This document shows positions 12,001 to 20,085 of a stretch of 37,021 bases of DNA, piece after piece. Source of the DNA: a virus (lineage: Duplodnaviria; Caudoviricetes); the IMG/VR virus record IMGVR_UViG_3300017963_000497, positions 1 to 37,021 of that record; one strand, written 5' to 3'. Position 1 is the stretch's first letter, and each line of letters begins with the position of its first letter. The position numbers and the translations under genes were made by a program. Under the pieces are notes generated by a model, which was not told the DNA's origin, did not search any database, and was given only the letters and a program-made list of their open reading frames with translations.

Positions 12001-15000
12001 AAATTGAAATAAACTAGCTTTAATGGCTGCATAACAACATTTAAAGTTCTAATCTCTTCTTCAGTTGTTAATTCTTTGTCACTTTCAAGAAGTTCAAATG
12101 CTTCTTGTTTTTCATCAGACCATTCCCCTAACCGCATACTGATTTGCCTATACATTTCGGGCGATATATAAACTTGGGCATCAGTTTGATCAACTTCTTT
12201 ATAACCAGCAAGTTTTGTCTTAGCCATAGCTGACGCTACGCTATCTTCAAAACCCAATTCTTTATATCTAGCAGTATGTTTTTCAACTAGCTCATCATAA
12301 AATTTACTTACATAGTTTTGCGTATTAAAAGTTACAGTTGTATATTTATTTCTGCGTAGAGATGGATCTTGCGGATTTGAAATATTTGAGGCAACTTTAT
12401 CACCAGCAGCTGCAACTACACCAATCCTTTTAACACGATCATCGTGTACAGTTCCCTTTTTCTCATCAATTTTATAAAAAGCCGCGTCACCAACAAGCAA
12501 TTTTTCAGCTTCTATAGTTGACATCATTGTATTAACTGTAAATTCGGCAATCAATGCACGTATGGCAATTTGGTCATCATCAGTTTTAAATTCTTCTTTG
12601 ACAGAATCAATCAGTCTTTTGGGCAAATGTCTATTTAAAACAATACCATTAGTTTCACTTATGACACCTAATTCTTTAGCATATTCAAAAGTGTCATCTA
12701 TGGCATTTTGTATTAATTGAGTAATAGATGTACCCCTGTCAAAATGTCTAAATTTATTTGTTGCAGTACCAGTATATTGTCCATTTTGTTTATAGATGGG
12801 CAAACCATTTTTTCCAACCTTATAATGGTATCCCTCAACTAATTTACTGTAATCCTCTGTTTCTATAGCCTCATCAACTGCACGTCTAGCCTCTCTAGAG
12901 GTATTTATCTCATCACGTTTATATCCCTCAAATATATCAATTATTTCTTGTGGTATGCGTAATTTATTTTTTTCAATTGTAGTTTTACCTATAAAATTAA
13001 TTTTCTTTAATCCAGTCCAAGCATAAAAACTTTTTCTGTCAGCTAGTGTTGGAAGTGGAATAACATCATCCATTACAAATGAAAGTTTAAATATAAAATC
13101 TTCCAAGTCTGTAATTTCAAGATATCCACGACCAGTGTCTCCAACATTTTCTTCAGTAAATACACTAAATGTGTGTACACCTAATTCAGCTCCTTCTCGT
13201 ACTTGTTTTAAATACTGTGAATTTTGATTAAACAAAACAGAGGATAATTGGTCAACAAATTTGGGGCTACTTTTAAGCTTACTAATAAAATCTGTAATAG
13301 GTGAAGGCATAGAATAAGTAAAATGTATATTACCTCCGGGGCCTAAAACAGCACTCTCCGATACACTAGGTCGCGCATTGGCATATGCTCTTGCAAGTCC
13401 GCGTACATTACTTTCGTTAGATAAATATTTTTCTGGGGGAAGTATATCTTGTCCTCTGGCAACCTGTTGACCTTTGGCTAATTTGGAGATTAAACTATCA
13501 ACACCAAATATACCAATCATATGTCCCTTTTTAACAACAAAATCATGTAATTTTTGCTGCGAGGATCCCCTCATATTTTCAAAATATCCATCTAACGTTT
13601 CAGAATCAAGCGGTATACCTATATTATTATATAACCCAATTATACGCCATTTTAAATCTTCATATGTGTCCTTATTTGGTAATTTACCGTGATATTCTTT
13701 TCTTACATCTCTTAATAATTGTTTGTACTTATCCAGCAACCTAAAGGCAAAATCTTTATTAGGTGCAGTTGTTGTTTTATTAAACAACTGACTGTTGGTC
13801 AACATTTCCTGTGACCATATATTCAAGTACTTACTAGCTTCAGTCCTAACAAATGAACTTCTTGCAGCGGCATTAACAACGTCACCACGTTGATTTGTTG
13901 TATATCTAAAATCAATAAAATCATTGTAATGTTTGCGCATAGTTACAAAAAACTTAATACGCAACGAATCGGGACCAGTTTTTAAACCTAGTCTGTTTGT
14001 TTTCTCTAAACCATTTAGCAAGACATGATAGGGCAGAGAAGTTACAGCTTTCTCTTCAAGTCGACTAATCATCTCCTCAATGGTGGGTGCATCATGTACT
14101 AATCGTATGATATCAGCCCACATAGTATTGAAATCAACAAATTTACGCATGCCCGTAAGGGGATCAAGTAATCCCTTATGTGCACCAGTTTTAGTTATTT
14201 CACCATGTGGGAGTGTTGCTAACAATAATTTTATTTCAGTTAAAGCATTGTCTTTAGCCGAAACTTCATATGGAGCTTTTTCAAATCTTTCAAATTCATT
14301 ATCTATTGACTCGTCCTCGTTATCTCCAACAAAATCTTGTTCACGTTTTTTATAAACTAAATCACCATCTTTTCTAGTTATATTAAACGTACCCAAATAA
14401 TCATCAGTCATACCTATAAATTGATCGAATTCCATAAGTATACGCTCATAAACGTCAATCAATTTTGTAGCTTTAATAACCTTATCTGGATTTTCTTTTA
14501 CATTTTCCTCTTTAGCCGCATATTTATGAAATTTTTCTAATCGATTTTTAAGATGCTCACGAACCAAACCATAATCTAATTCTTTTATATTATCAAATTT
14601 ATCAACATTATTGGTAGTCAAAAGTAAATATGCCAGATTTTGTACAATTGTTTTTTGCTCTTCACTAGTAAATGTTTCAGCCCTATTCCTAAAATCACCT
14701 CGTTGTATTGCATCGAACAACTTATCAATTTCGGATCTATTAAACTGAACTATAGCCTTTATAAAATCGAGTAATTTCTGGAACCAATTCCTAGCTTGTG
14801 GACCTGCAGGTTTGATTTCACCATCACTTGCTACGAATTCACTAAATCGCTCAGCAAGAAAATCTTCAACTCTTCTATCCGTTAATTCTTTGTCTCCATA
14901 TTGTGCTGCTAGTTCATCAGAATAACGGGTTCGTACTTCTTTTAGTACCCTTTGCTGTTGTTTCGCAGTTAAAAAATCACCAAAAACTTTATGAAAAGCC

Positions 15001-18000
15001 TCATGATATACAGTACCTTTAGCGCTGTCCGACAAAAGTACGATAGAACCATTGTAAAAAGCACCAAATATGTCCTTCCCCTTTTCAATGGCCATACGAA
15101 CAACTTCATTGAATTGTAAAACACTGACATTACCTAATTTTTCGCGTAACCAACCAAGTTCTTCGGTGAGATCAATTTTTTCTTGAACATTTTTTACAAT
15201 TGATCTGTGTCTAAGCGGTATACCATCATCAAATATATCTTCAAAACTCTCTCCTGGTTCTTCTCCCGGCTCTTCACCAATAATTTTTGCAGCATTAAAA
15301 GCAGCTTTATTCCCAGCAGAATTATCAATTGCAATTTCTTCTCGTTTTTTAGTGCCCTTAACTTCTATATACCTTTCTAATACAACTTGAAAATCAGCTT
15401 TTTCTGCCTTTTTTTCTTCCTCACGTTTAGCTCTTTCTTCTTCAAGACGTTCAAGTTCTTCCGGATCCATAAAAGCCGCTTCAGCTCCAGCCATATCCTG
15501 TTCTCCACTTTCCGCAGCACTTAAATATTCTTTTTCTGCATCATACTCTTCAAATATGGGATTAGCGGAAATAACTTTCCATTCGTTTCCCTTGTATTCA
15601 ACAGTTTTGCCAACAATATCGTCTTGATAAAATACAGGTTCTTTTTCAGCTCTTTCAGGTTCAACAATTGGTTTTTCAACTCGCTGTCCTATGTCAACAA
15701 TCAACAATGGAGATTTATAAGCAGAATTACCAGAAAATGTCCCAAGATCTGTTTGTAGCCAATCATTCTTTAAATATTCATGTAATACAGTTTGTCCTTT
15801 TTCAAACTTTTTACCTAATATAGTAAATGGTATTTCAACTATATTTTCTAATGAACTGAAATCAACCGAGAAATTCTTATTATTAGCAATATAATTAATA
15901 AAATCGTTAATTTCAGAATCAGTAGCTTTATTAATATAAACTTTTTTGGTTGAACCATCTCTGGTATCAAAACTGTATTCTACAAATGGGTTGCCTTTAT
16001 TGTAATCATACGCAACAACTTTATTAGCTAAGTAAGTGGCCCCATTTTCAACACTCTTTTTGGTTGCTGGACCCACAAAAGTTAAAGTATTAATAACTTG
16101 ATGACACGTTAAGCCACCAGTAACCTCCTTACCTTCATATCTAGCTTTAACACTTTTTTTCTTTGCAGCAGTTTGAAAAGCTTTCCACAACACCTGAGCA
16201 TACTCGCGACCAAGTTTAGCAGGATTTAATTTGCTGGCAACATAATCACCACTAGGTGTCGCATTATGCAACATAGCTATATCACCCGGTCCAAGTTGTA
16301 ATGGGCTCCTATGGGATAGGTTATCTTCTAGACCATGTAAACTTCTTGGTATACGGTTACTATCACCATATGCAAAATCAACATCAGTTAGCTCTTTGCC
16401 AACACTAGTAAGAAATTTAAGTATATTTTGATTAGTACCAGTGTTATGTGGTTCACCAGCCGTTCGTCTTACCTTAAATATATTTGGTTGATTTTTTAAA
16501 GCATTTGATACAATTTGTTTACGATGTTCAAGCAAATGTGCCCGTTCTTGGTCATCAGCAATACGATCACCAGCTATAGGAACATAAATATCATTTGATA
16601 CAACTTTATTTTCCGCATCACGAAGTGTAATACGCATATCCAATTTGGCAATCTCTTCATCAGATAAATTATCTTTAACTGCTTCAACTGTAAATGTCTT
16701 ATTAGTTTCATTAAACACCCCAATTTCAACTTCAGCAGAAAAGTTATCTATGTCTGTTTCAGGATTTGACAATACTTTATTGAGATCCTCTTGAAATTTT
16801 GGACTCCACCTAGCTACAAACGAATCAGGAAGCCCAAAAACGATGTTTTTAGAGTCACTGACGTGTCTTTGGTCTTCAGTGGTGTCATAGTACTGCCCAT
16901 CCCTTTGAATTGATTCTGAGGGCCCTAATGGCTCCACAACAGTTGATCGACCTTGTATAGTTTGTGGTTCTTCAGCTGTTTCCTCTTCAGCCATTTCAGC
17001 GGCTACTTCCTCTTTAGACCGCTCTTCAGCAAACTCATCTATTGCTTTGTCTTCAACTTGCTTGCCGCGTTCAACGGATTCAGCTGTCTGTTCAGTTGTT
17101 TCCTCTGGTACTCCCTTAGAATCTGATACCTTTGAGACATCGGTACTCCTGTTAGTTTGCTCTGGAGTTGCTGGGGTAATGTTATCAACAAGTTTTCTAA
17201 TTTCATTTCTTAATTCCTCCTTATTGGATATATCAGCAACATGTTGCAGACCAAATTCAATCAAACTAAGTAAATCTGCATTAACTGCTGACATAACTCG
17301 TTTAGTTATATCATCATCGGCAGGTAACGTTTTATTTGTTTCAATGTCAACTACAACCCAACGATCTTCCCGCCTATAAACTTGATACTCTTTCTGAGTT
17401 TTGGGGTCCTTAGCCCTTGCCCCCTTATTCTCATCAATTTGAAAATATTTGCGTATAACTGCATTTTTAGCGACATCAAACAATACTAAGGTAGAAGATA
17501 ACTCTTCAACTAATGGAACTGCTGTAAACGTAACAGACTTTCCATCTGCTCGTTTCAATGTAACTGATTCAGCTAAATTATTACGTTCTTTTATGGCACT
17601 ATACGGTTCAACAATAGGTATCGTAAAATCTTGCGAACCAATAGTAATAACAATATTTTCGCCTTTAGCATTTATACCAACGTTAAACAGGGAATATTTA
17701 GCTAATTCAGCCCCATGAGCACGTAGAGTTTTAGTCGACGTTTCCTCATCAACAATAGTTTCAGTATTAGTTTTATTATCCTTGAATTTAAGTTGGCCTT
17801 CTTCACTATAAAATATACCAGGTTCCCCCCTAAGAAAACCTATAAACTGTGTAGGACCAGCTGTGGTTAAATCGCTAACCTGTAAATCTCTACTGTTTAT
17901 GTTAACGAACCTTTTATCAGGTACTTTATCTTCAGCAGCAGTTGTTTCCTTTATTTCGGTTTTACGATCTTTCTGCCGCTTTTTAGTTTCCTGAGCTTTG

Positions 18001-20072
18001 TCTTCAGTCGTTTCTACTTCAGCCGTAGGTATTTCTTCTTCAGTAGTAGGAGGTTTTGGAACTACAGGAGGTTCAGGCTCCTCCTTTATTCTAGCTCGAC
18101 GGGCTTTTTGACCCCGTTCCAGCATATCCATCTGGCGCTCATAAGAACGAATAGCAAATTCAGTATTACCTAAACGTCCTTCTAAATCAATTAACTTATC
18201 TAATTCAGCACCTTTAATAGGATATTTTGCATCTTTTGCTTTTTCTTCAGCGGTATAATGTTCATCAAGCTCTTTTTTAAGTTTATCAAAATCGTCTAAC
18301 TCTAATTGAGCAACACGTATTTGATTTTCAATATCCGCTTGGCCCTTTTCATTATCCTTTAGATTTGGGTCTTTTTTTAAACGTTCTTCAGATGATTTTA
18401 TAAATTTCTTCCGTGACCGAATTCTAGCCTCATTTTCCAGTAACTGACGTTTAATATTTGATACCCGATTATAATTTACAATTTCACCTTTTTGCTGTTC
18501 AATTTGACTTTCAAGGTCAGATCGACGGTTATCAAGTTGTTTCCTTATAAATTCTCCACTGGATAAAACAGCTGCAATATCAGAATCAAATTTCTTAATA
18601 TTTGTATCATATAGTGACCCTATCTCTTGCAAATGTCTAGCTACATCTGGAAAATTATCACGCATAGTTTTGGCGTCTTCCTCAGTTAAACCAAACCTAT
18701 CCAAATCTTCTTGAGTAGGACCACCCTCTTTGGTGATAGTTTCAACAAAATTAATAGCATCACCAAGACCACCAATCATAACTGCTTGACCAGCCAAAGA
18801 CGAAACTAAACCTAATTTTGCATCAGCTGATGCTTCAACATCTCCCCTATCTTCAGCTTCCCTAACTTGATTATTCCAGTACTTGACAAGTGGGGCAAAA
18901 GTGTTTATAGCGGCAACACGTCTAGCACTAGCTGAATGTCCGGTGCCAGCTATAGCATCATTAATTGCACGACCAGCAGTTTGCATGGCACCAGCACCTA
19001 AAGCACCAAAAAATCCAGCAGTCCACAATTCACCGTCACGTATGTATTCACGCATACGATCCCCAAACGATGAATCCAACTCTGGATTTAACATTCTCTG
19101 TACTAAATATTTTGACTCTTCAGCTGTTACATATTGGTATGCTTCTTCACCAAATTCACCAAGCATGTCCCAACCTATAGCAGCAGCTTTTTTGCCAACA
19201 ATAGGAAGTAAATCGTAACCCAAACGTTTACCTACTTCAACAGTAGCTGGACTACTAGCTTTACCAAATGCTCGACCCAATAATAGATATTGAGGAATAT
19301 CCTGAGCTATCATAACCCAATTCCTATTATAGGAATCAGATGCAGCAATAGCAGCTAACTGCCGAGCCTCCTCTGCGCTTTTACCTGCAGCAATAGATAA
19401 TTTTTCAGTTTCTTCATAGGTCTGGGCAGCTTCCATTATATTTTCCATGTGACGAGACATGAAAGCTTGAGTAAGACCTCTACCAGCCCATCTAGCAGCT
19501 TTACCCATTTTAGCAGCTATACCAGCACCTTTAGCCAAAGCACTTAACCCACTAACTGCTCCAACCGAAGGTATCATCAAACTTAATGTTGATGCTACCG
19601 ATGGAGCATTAGACATCCACCAACTAAAATTGCCTGGAGCAAACGACCCAGGCTTGTAATCTGTATAGATGGGGGTTACTTCCTGAGTCCACGTTTTAAG
19701 TCCTCGACCTAAATCACTAAACCAGTTGCCAAATTCTTGTTCAGTACCTTCAATTAAATTGCCGTACTGTTCAAAATCTAAAAGGTAACCTACACCTTCT
19801 ATTGTACCGCCTATAATCTCACCGACAATAGCTTGATTAAGCATGTTACCAAGCTGTGCCCATTTCGATTGTTCTCTAGCCCTTTGAGCGTACTGATCTT
19901 CAAATCGATATAAATCTTGATCGTACTTAGAAGTGATAAAATCACCGCCACTTACAGTTGACGGAACTCCGAAATAATTCGTACCTAATAATGATTGATT
20001 TAATCTTTCTTCATAGGACTGTTGCGGCTCATCCTCTATTGTTAACCCCGTAAGGGGATCAAATTGAGCCAT
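3039..20072 (-). CDS. Giant (5677 aa) virion-packaged DNA-dependent RNA polymerase polyprotein, crAss-like, with zincin x2, ASCH and NADAR domains
   Basis: GYRIPTQG...VVLPAEF..LTGSDFDIDK (DFDID at 10950-10964, the crAss-like/phi14:2 gp66-type catalytic loop); TDAQVYI, LKLVYF, DKMS, IDAHVDAAKDP motifs; HEAFH 14991-15005; HEFGH 6684-6698; lies downstream of muzzle and cargo genes. Confidence 0.92.
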   Translation of the reverse strand: MAQFDPLTGLTIEDEPQQSYEERLNQSLLGTNYFGVPSTVSGGDFITSKYDQDLYRFEDQYAQRAREQSKWAQLGNMLNQAIVGEIIGGTIEGVGYLLDFEQYGNLIEGTEQEFGNWFSDLGRGLKTWTQEVTPIYTDYKPGSFAPGNFSWWMSNAPSVASTLSLMIPSVGAVSGLSALAKGAGIAAKMGKAARWAGRGLTQAFMSRHMENIMEAAQTYEETEKLSIAAGKSAEEARQLAAIAASDSYNRNWVMIAQDIPQYLLLGRAFGKASSPATVEVGKRLGYDLLPIVGKKAAAIGWDMLGEFGEEAYQYVTAEESKYLVQRMLNPELDSSFGDRMREYIRDGELWTAGFFGALGAGAMQTAGRAINDAIAGTGHSASARRVAAINTFAPLVKYWNNQVREAEDRGDVEASADAKLGLVSSLAGQAVMIGGLGDAINFVETITKEGGPTQEDLDRFGLTEEDAKTMRDNFPDVARHLQEIGSLYDTNIKKFDSDIAAVLSSGEFIRKQLDNRRSDLESQIEQQKGEIVNYNRVSNIKRQLLENEARIRSRKKFIKSSEERLKKDPNLKDNEKGQADIENQIRVAQLELDDFDKLKKELDEHYTAEEKAKDAKYPIKGAELDKLIDLEGRLGNTEFAIRSYERQMDMLERGQKARRARIKEEPEPPVVPKPPTTEEEIPTAEVETTEDKAQETKKRQKDRKTEIKETTAAEDKVPDKRFVNINSRDLQVSDLTTAGPTQFIGFLRGEPGIFYSEEGQLKFKDNKTNTETIVDEETSTKTLRAHGAELAKYSLFNVGINAKGENIVITIGSQDFTIPIVEPYSAIKERNNLAESVTLKRADGKSVTFTAVPLVEELSSTLVLFDVAKNAVIRKYFQIDENKGARAKDPKTQKEYQVYRREDRWVVVDIETNKTLPADDDITKRVMSAVNADLLSLIEFGLQHVADISNKEELRNEIRKLVDNITPATPEQTNRSTDVSKVSDSKGVPEETTEQTAESVERGKQVEDKAIDEFAEERSKEEVAAEMAEEETAEEPQTIQGRSTVVEPLGPSESIQRDGQYYDTTEDQRHVSDSKNIVFGLPDSFVARWSPKFQEDLNKVLSNPETDIDNFSAEVEIGVFNETNKTFTVEAVKDNLSDEEIAKLDMRITLRDAENKVVSNDIYVPIAGDRIADDQERAHLLEHRKQIVSNALKNQPNIFKVRRTAGEPHNTGTNQNILKFLTSVGKELTDVDFAYGDSNRIPRSLHGLEDNLSHRSPLQLGPGDIAMLHNATPSGDYVASKLNPAKLGREYAQVLWKAFQTAAKKKSVKARYEGKEVTGGLTCHQVINTLTFVGPATKKSVENGATYLANKVVAYDYNKGNPFVEYSFDTRDGSTKKVYINKATDSEINDFINYIANNKNFSVDFSSLENIVEIPFTILGKKFEKGQTVLHEYLKNDWLQTDLGTFSGNSAYKSPLLIVDIGQRVEKPIVEPERAEKEPVFYQDDIVGKTVEYKGNEWKVISANPIFEEYDAEKEYLSAAESGEQDMAGAEAAFMDPEELERLEEERAKREEEKKAEKADFQVVLERYIEVKGTKKREEIAIDNSAGNKAAFNAAKIIGEEPGEEPGESFEDIFDDGIPLRHRSIVKNVQEKIDLTEELGWLREKLGNVSVLQFNEVVRMAIEKGKDIFGAFYNGSIVLLSDSAKGTVYHEAFHKVFGDFLTAKQQQRVLKEVRTRYSDELAAQYGDKELTDRRVEDFLAERFSEFVASDGEIKPAGPQARNWFQKLLDFIKAIVQFNRSEIDKLFDAIQRGDFRNRAETFTSEEQKTIVQNLAYLLLTTNNVDKFDNIKELDYGLVREHLKNRLEKFHKYAAKEENVKENPDKVIKATKLIDVYERILMEFDQFIGMTDDYLGTFNITRKDGDLVYKKREQDFVGDNEDESIDNEFERFEKAPYEVSAKDNALTEIKLLLATLPHGEITKTGAHKGLLDPLTGMRKFVDFNTMWADIIRLVHDAPTIEEMISRLEEKAVTSLPYHVLLNGLEKTNRLGLKTGPDSLRIKFFVTMRKHYNDFIDFRYTTNQRGDVVNAAARSSFVRTEASKYLNIWSQEMLTNSQLFNKTTTAPNKDFAFRLLDKYKQLLRDVRKEYHGKLPNKDTYEDLKWRIIGLYNNIGIPLDSETLDGYFENMRGSSQQKLHDFVVKKGHMIGIFGVDSLISKLAKGQQVARGQDILPPEKYLSNESNVRGLARAYANARPSVSESAVLGPGGNIHFTYSMPSPITDFISKLKSSPKFVDQLSSVLFNQNSQYLKQVREGAELGVHTFSVFTEENVGDTGRGYLEITDLEDFIFKLSFVMDDVIPLPTLADRKSFYAWTGLKKINFIGKTTIEKNKLRIPQEIIDIFEGYKRDEINTSREARRAVDEAIETEDYSKLVEGYHYKVGKNGLPIYKQNGQYTGTATNKFRHFDRGTSITQLIQNAIDDTFEYAKELGVISETNGIVLNRHLPKRLIDSVKEEFKTDDDQIAIRALIAEFTVNTMMSTIEAEKLLVGDAAFYKIDEKKGTVHDDRVKRIGVVAAAGDKVASNISNPQDPSLRRNKYTTVTFNTQNYVSKFYDELVEKHTARYKELGFEDSVASAMAKTKLAGYKEVDQTDAQVYISPEMYRQISMRLGEWSDEKQEAFELLESDKELTTEEEIRTLNVVMQPLKLVYFNLHFENGLAIPVYDKMSLATVFKKVAKGTQLEPMYNRMTDKKRPLDMVKFDSAVKAGNRQQINYFKRTQEGEDVVDESALHNSIVYEQFFDGLYRQVVTDPHEIKRQLLGTQMKKVSISNIVLGGEYVLGGKKVKGSDVVDAANKALRNLSNRGKRKLLERLGVNEDDPQIRDPENLVTMLRREAKLAGMPDNIVDALYVDENGELYVEFDALPDRMWIENRLMSIISKNTVDVKTAGGGFIQMSNFGLKKVNALKTSELKFYNDEGKMEIMVSVGLFRDVIPGYKEGKVTFEQARKWLKENLDGIGYRIPTQGLNSVIPFTVKEFLPENVGDTVVLPAEFTRLTGSDFDIDKLFIARYNYRITLNNEIQRIKFIDVDTSSKEGLTELYHERYDRTKNLLEKMDRVIIEAERDFEEDLERKGGDPEVVSLITAMMGEMPEYFSDAELDEILQEYNGRFTLKLYNEIKERVEKIPTLEEFIKENHGKDIYDLNNRLAVENRLLDAFTAVTTSPLHLIDNTTPLGVHTGTLKDISEVVKKAEGKDIKLRALMGTTPRFQSETKSRFTDSMGGIGPFALNNVHHSLGQIVKLGLKSANVLPGLIHYDEENSVIDLSQVRDVDKRVAILSWLSAFIDAHVDAAKDPYITDLNIGPATYNVANLLLRAGAGAEFVGYLLSQPIIKEYAKLRSRYDGNIGGNPNANINKIVRKKYWANTSKSAVENVDVKSLLTPSGLMKLLSAPKNSDWYAKQIALSRFFTELNSLSFSLNEAVQASQIDTKRYGSNIVQVRAFMNRFNRVIESDLVYNFDKLINESFLGTLLENSVDLAQDMLRNLTISSTDKFDDMMNSLLLQTGKKYSSDDKLINRYANILHATIISEYFTSPKGMGLTADIVKRMFFGKKSLARWIHAIQRGKTFPHLQNNLFIQSLTPVLSDKKEIPDTLQMLSFGKLDRWSKNSLSNAWLDLFNDNSKDSEKIRRLAMNLMAYSFIISGRRFGLNAFHQFLPIDAAKQIPQHIDEAISFSDGVKQIKEELQEGERDIDILRELYLNNWPDDSLVPSVSPVATKIAVEPKTNKSLNYPYLFTVAGNSSWYGTNHKGQPLYQPFVKIRNNKYGWLIGEYIGYRVDNEDNVLPVYKVVNKKGYFTRNIKVYEYNLDTSFETENNLPRLLSEAKEPEVIKLKGYENFQHVPKEDRIANYYNPVQVSEKRLEQPVSISVKKKMTMTFAGQFDNVISGKKTQTTRQNRNNYKVGDVVTIVSDDNRSVRARVTYVEPVNIEQIHALPATDSYFTLEGRDKEYFVKNTQYLKGKSNVVKIGFELLDESVVSQEPEQGKLFEIPVDTSKFVNVYAGAGENFELSNLAWRPFNLRGGQTIAMTHLDELLDKIKKMFPHLQNNLFIQSIDDVPEVLNEIFNIQFPGEKARGHDIYDIRFTSVEQFFQAMKFQWSTMSDPKNKELLRQIMTTKKTGEIKKLGRQFTLEEQADWNEVAFDLMKFAVYESFNQNIEAKDKLLATGSKKITHVQDKTRWKEDFPEILEEVRFRLARDLGPYSKLPIPIDYEQRIGAPQKETSRLKEILALLNKQDLSPEERQGLEEELHDLYYKDPTERVTIAEKRAARETKEKPSRGVTKESIIKYLRDTEAMNTKEFKGFDNWIKIGRDRSALPASRRVIFKLNKKYEKYGKLITLIPRNDSWLIQINQDVIDKLNAREQRVTKGEPLTRAEFEEQRQILQKTFPGVRIVEDFTLDIPGKLMSGGEEIHVNPVYWLRDTLGHEFGHLLIDLIGGVNNRLVRQGLRFLDGTDLQKDVYNKYSDLIERGEFDRVQKEVLAQAVGLEAAKIFKEEFEMGRWERWLVRFFRRIRQLLGIESSAVRKLAKTLVRGTPVKAEDLHGQPSTYEQEQRIDPKEAEDVLKLEEEPETDLNKIRKKAIEALEKKIGIYQQRGKKAAVEAIEKGLNEVQEGDNPYRSIRRFIEVARRQTNSVIQDIHRFESEAGLGIEEDPFNADRLSKWKDYVAAYANVLYDIRNALIELKNAPIEVGDKFRKGRDIRMQARIEEIDEILANKTFIERLYVRKGVNIVSKFLAPYSTRIAGEYKEALERRWNRLSKKEKEETPLEEYQAKYLAANDEQIKLKTEESIRKELLKAEWDINFLGRWLDNLLDSPDLVVQAMVKKFSLTDEQSRYESIGARNRIVAAKKKLEKFLGSMADQTKFYGFMLERDKKTGLLTQHYVTPYLSSMWDEYNDKVTEWTNDPDISDLALRAKKESWINENYGRSKKDKIAYNKARAEYLRKMKEEGQLTDAEWAVIDSWEANRNSRYSFVLREHVREETAEKYFEFLDTSRWEYRTPAERWRNPQWKKLLEIADIDPQLTETEQRELLKLNENKDPRIEFYNLIVELSEEADKMLPYRFRLRGKLPAIAAKLGERVLRKQKPSTIAREETRLGLVKRPEDIEKGQLDITNEAGDPINFVPIFYTYDIEPQNQSYDIATIYQRYWSMARDYSLKSEILPEMEMAKYFVENREVLRRDERGNIIKDGLSRIGDRMLTKKGVQSFVSQQLGDWFKSIIYGQRVRDEGVLPLFGANVDIAKGADLLNRYTSFNLLGLNMVQGVANVLLGETMQWAEAFGGEYYGVKDFVKAGVYYTKNLPGILGDIGERVPTNIISLINEEFNTLNEYENGEYRKNSKFQQLMSSNTLFFTTHAGEHLMQTRVVLAMLNRMRAKDKNGKDMGTMLDNLTIGKDGRLDVKEGVANFGREKRAKFGLQARRILSAMHGEYSRNGMAAVQRYALGRLGIMFRKFVVPGFKRRYAKKKYNELLEGWTEGNYRTTGRFFRNLMKDLRIFRLAAWSEEWTDLTRMEKGNIRKTMAEVVFLATVIIMSTIFIGKMEGEDDDEEWLWSFMAYQALRLRTELLFFSPKLNEALRILRSPAASMSVVENIINLTSQMFDPFERYERGNWKGKPKITKTMINFVPGVRQVYRMKYVNDQISWFRN
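6500..6830 (-). other. Zincin-like metallopeptidase domain 2 within the RNAP polyprotein
   Basis: IHVNP...DTLGHEFGHLLID followed by KEVLAQAVG (candidate third ligand Glu) and WLVRFFRRIRQLLG. Boundaries approximate. Confidence 0.75.
7380..7985 (-). other. NADAR (YbiA-like) domain within the RNAP polyprotein
   Basis: Ordered motifs ELSNLAWRPF, FTSVEQFFQAMK, IKKLGR, W...LMKFAVYESFNQN, KLLATG, ITH, W, LEEVR. Boundaries approximate. Confidence 0.8.
7812..7848. repeat. 37-bp perfect direct repeat, copy 1
   Basis: tgattgtataaacagattattttgtaaatgtggaaac, identical to 9231-9267; both encode FPHLQNNLFIQS. Confidence 0.95.
8048..8360 (-). other. ASCH domain within the RNAP polyprotein
   Basis: MTF...FDNVISGKKTQTTR...YKVGDVV...RARVTYVEPV...LEG...VVKIGFELL matches the ASCH GxKxxTxR pattern and ~100 aa length. 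Confidence 0.8.
9231..9267. repeat. 37-bp perfect direct repeat, copy 2
   Basis: Identical to 7812-7848; offset 1419 bp. Confidence 0.95.
14690..15180 (-). other. Zincin-like metallopeptidase domain 1 preceding the RNAP core
   Basis: FGAFYNGSIVL...GTVYHEAFHKVF...VEDFLAERFSEF...WFQKLLDFIK. Zincin fused to the vRNAP is a known crAss-like trait. Boundaries approximate. Confidence 0.8.
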
Positions 20073-20085
20073 AATAAAATATTTA

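Noticed and set aside
3039-20072. Intein, intron or stop-codon recoding explaining the giant ORF
   Set aside because: No intein splice motifs (C...HN) or LAGLIDADG/HNH motifs recognised; the ORF is continuous in code 11.
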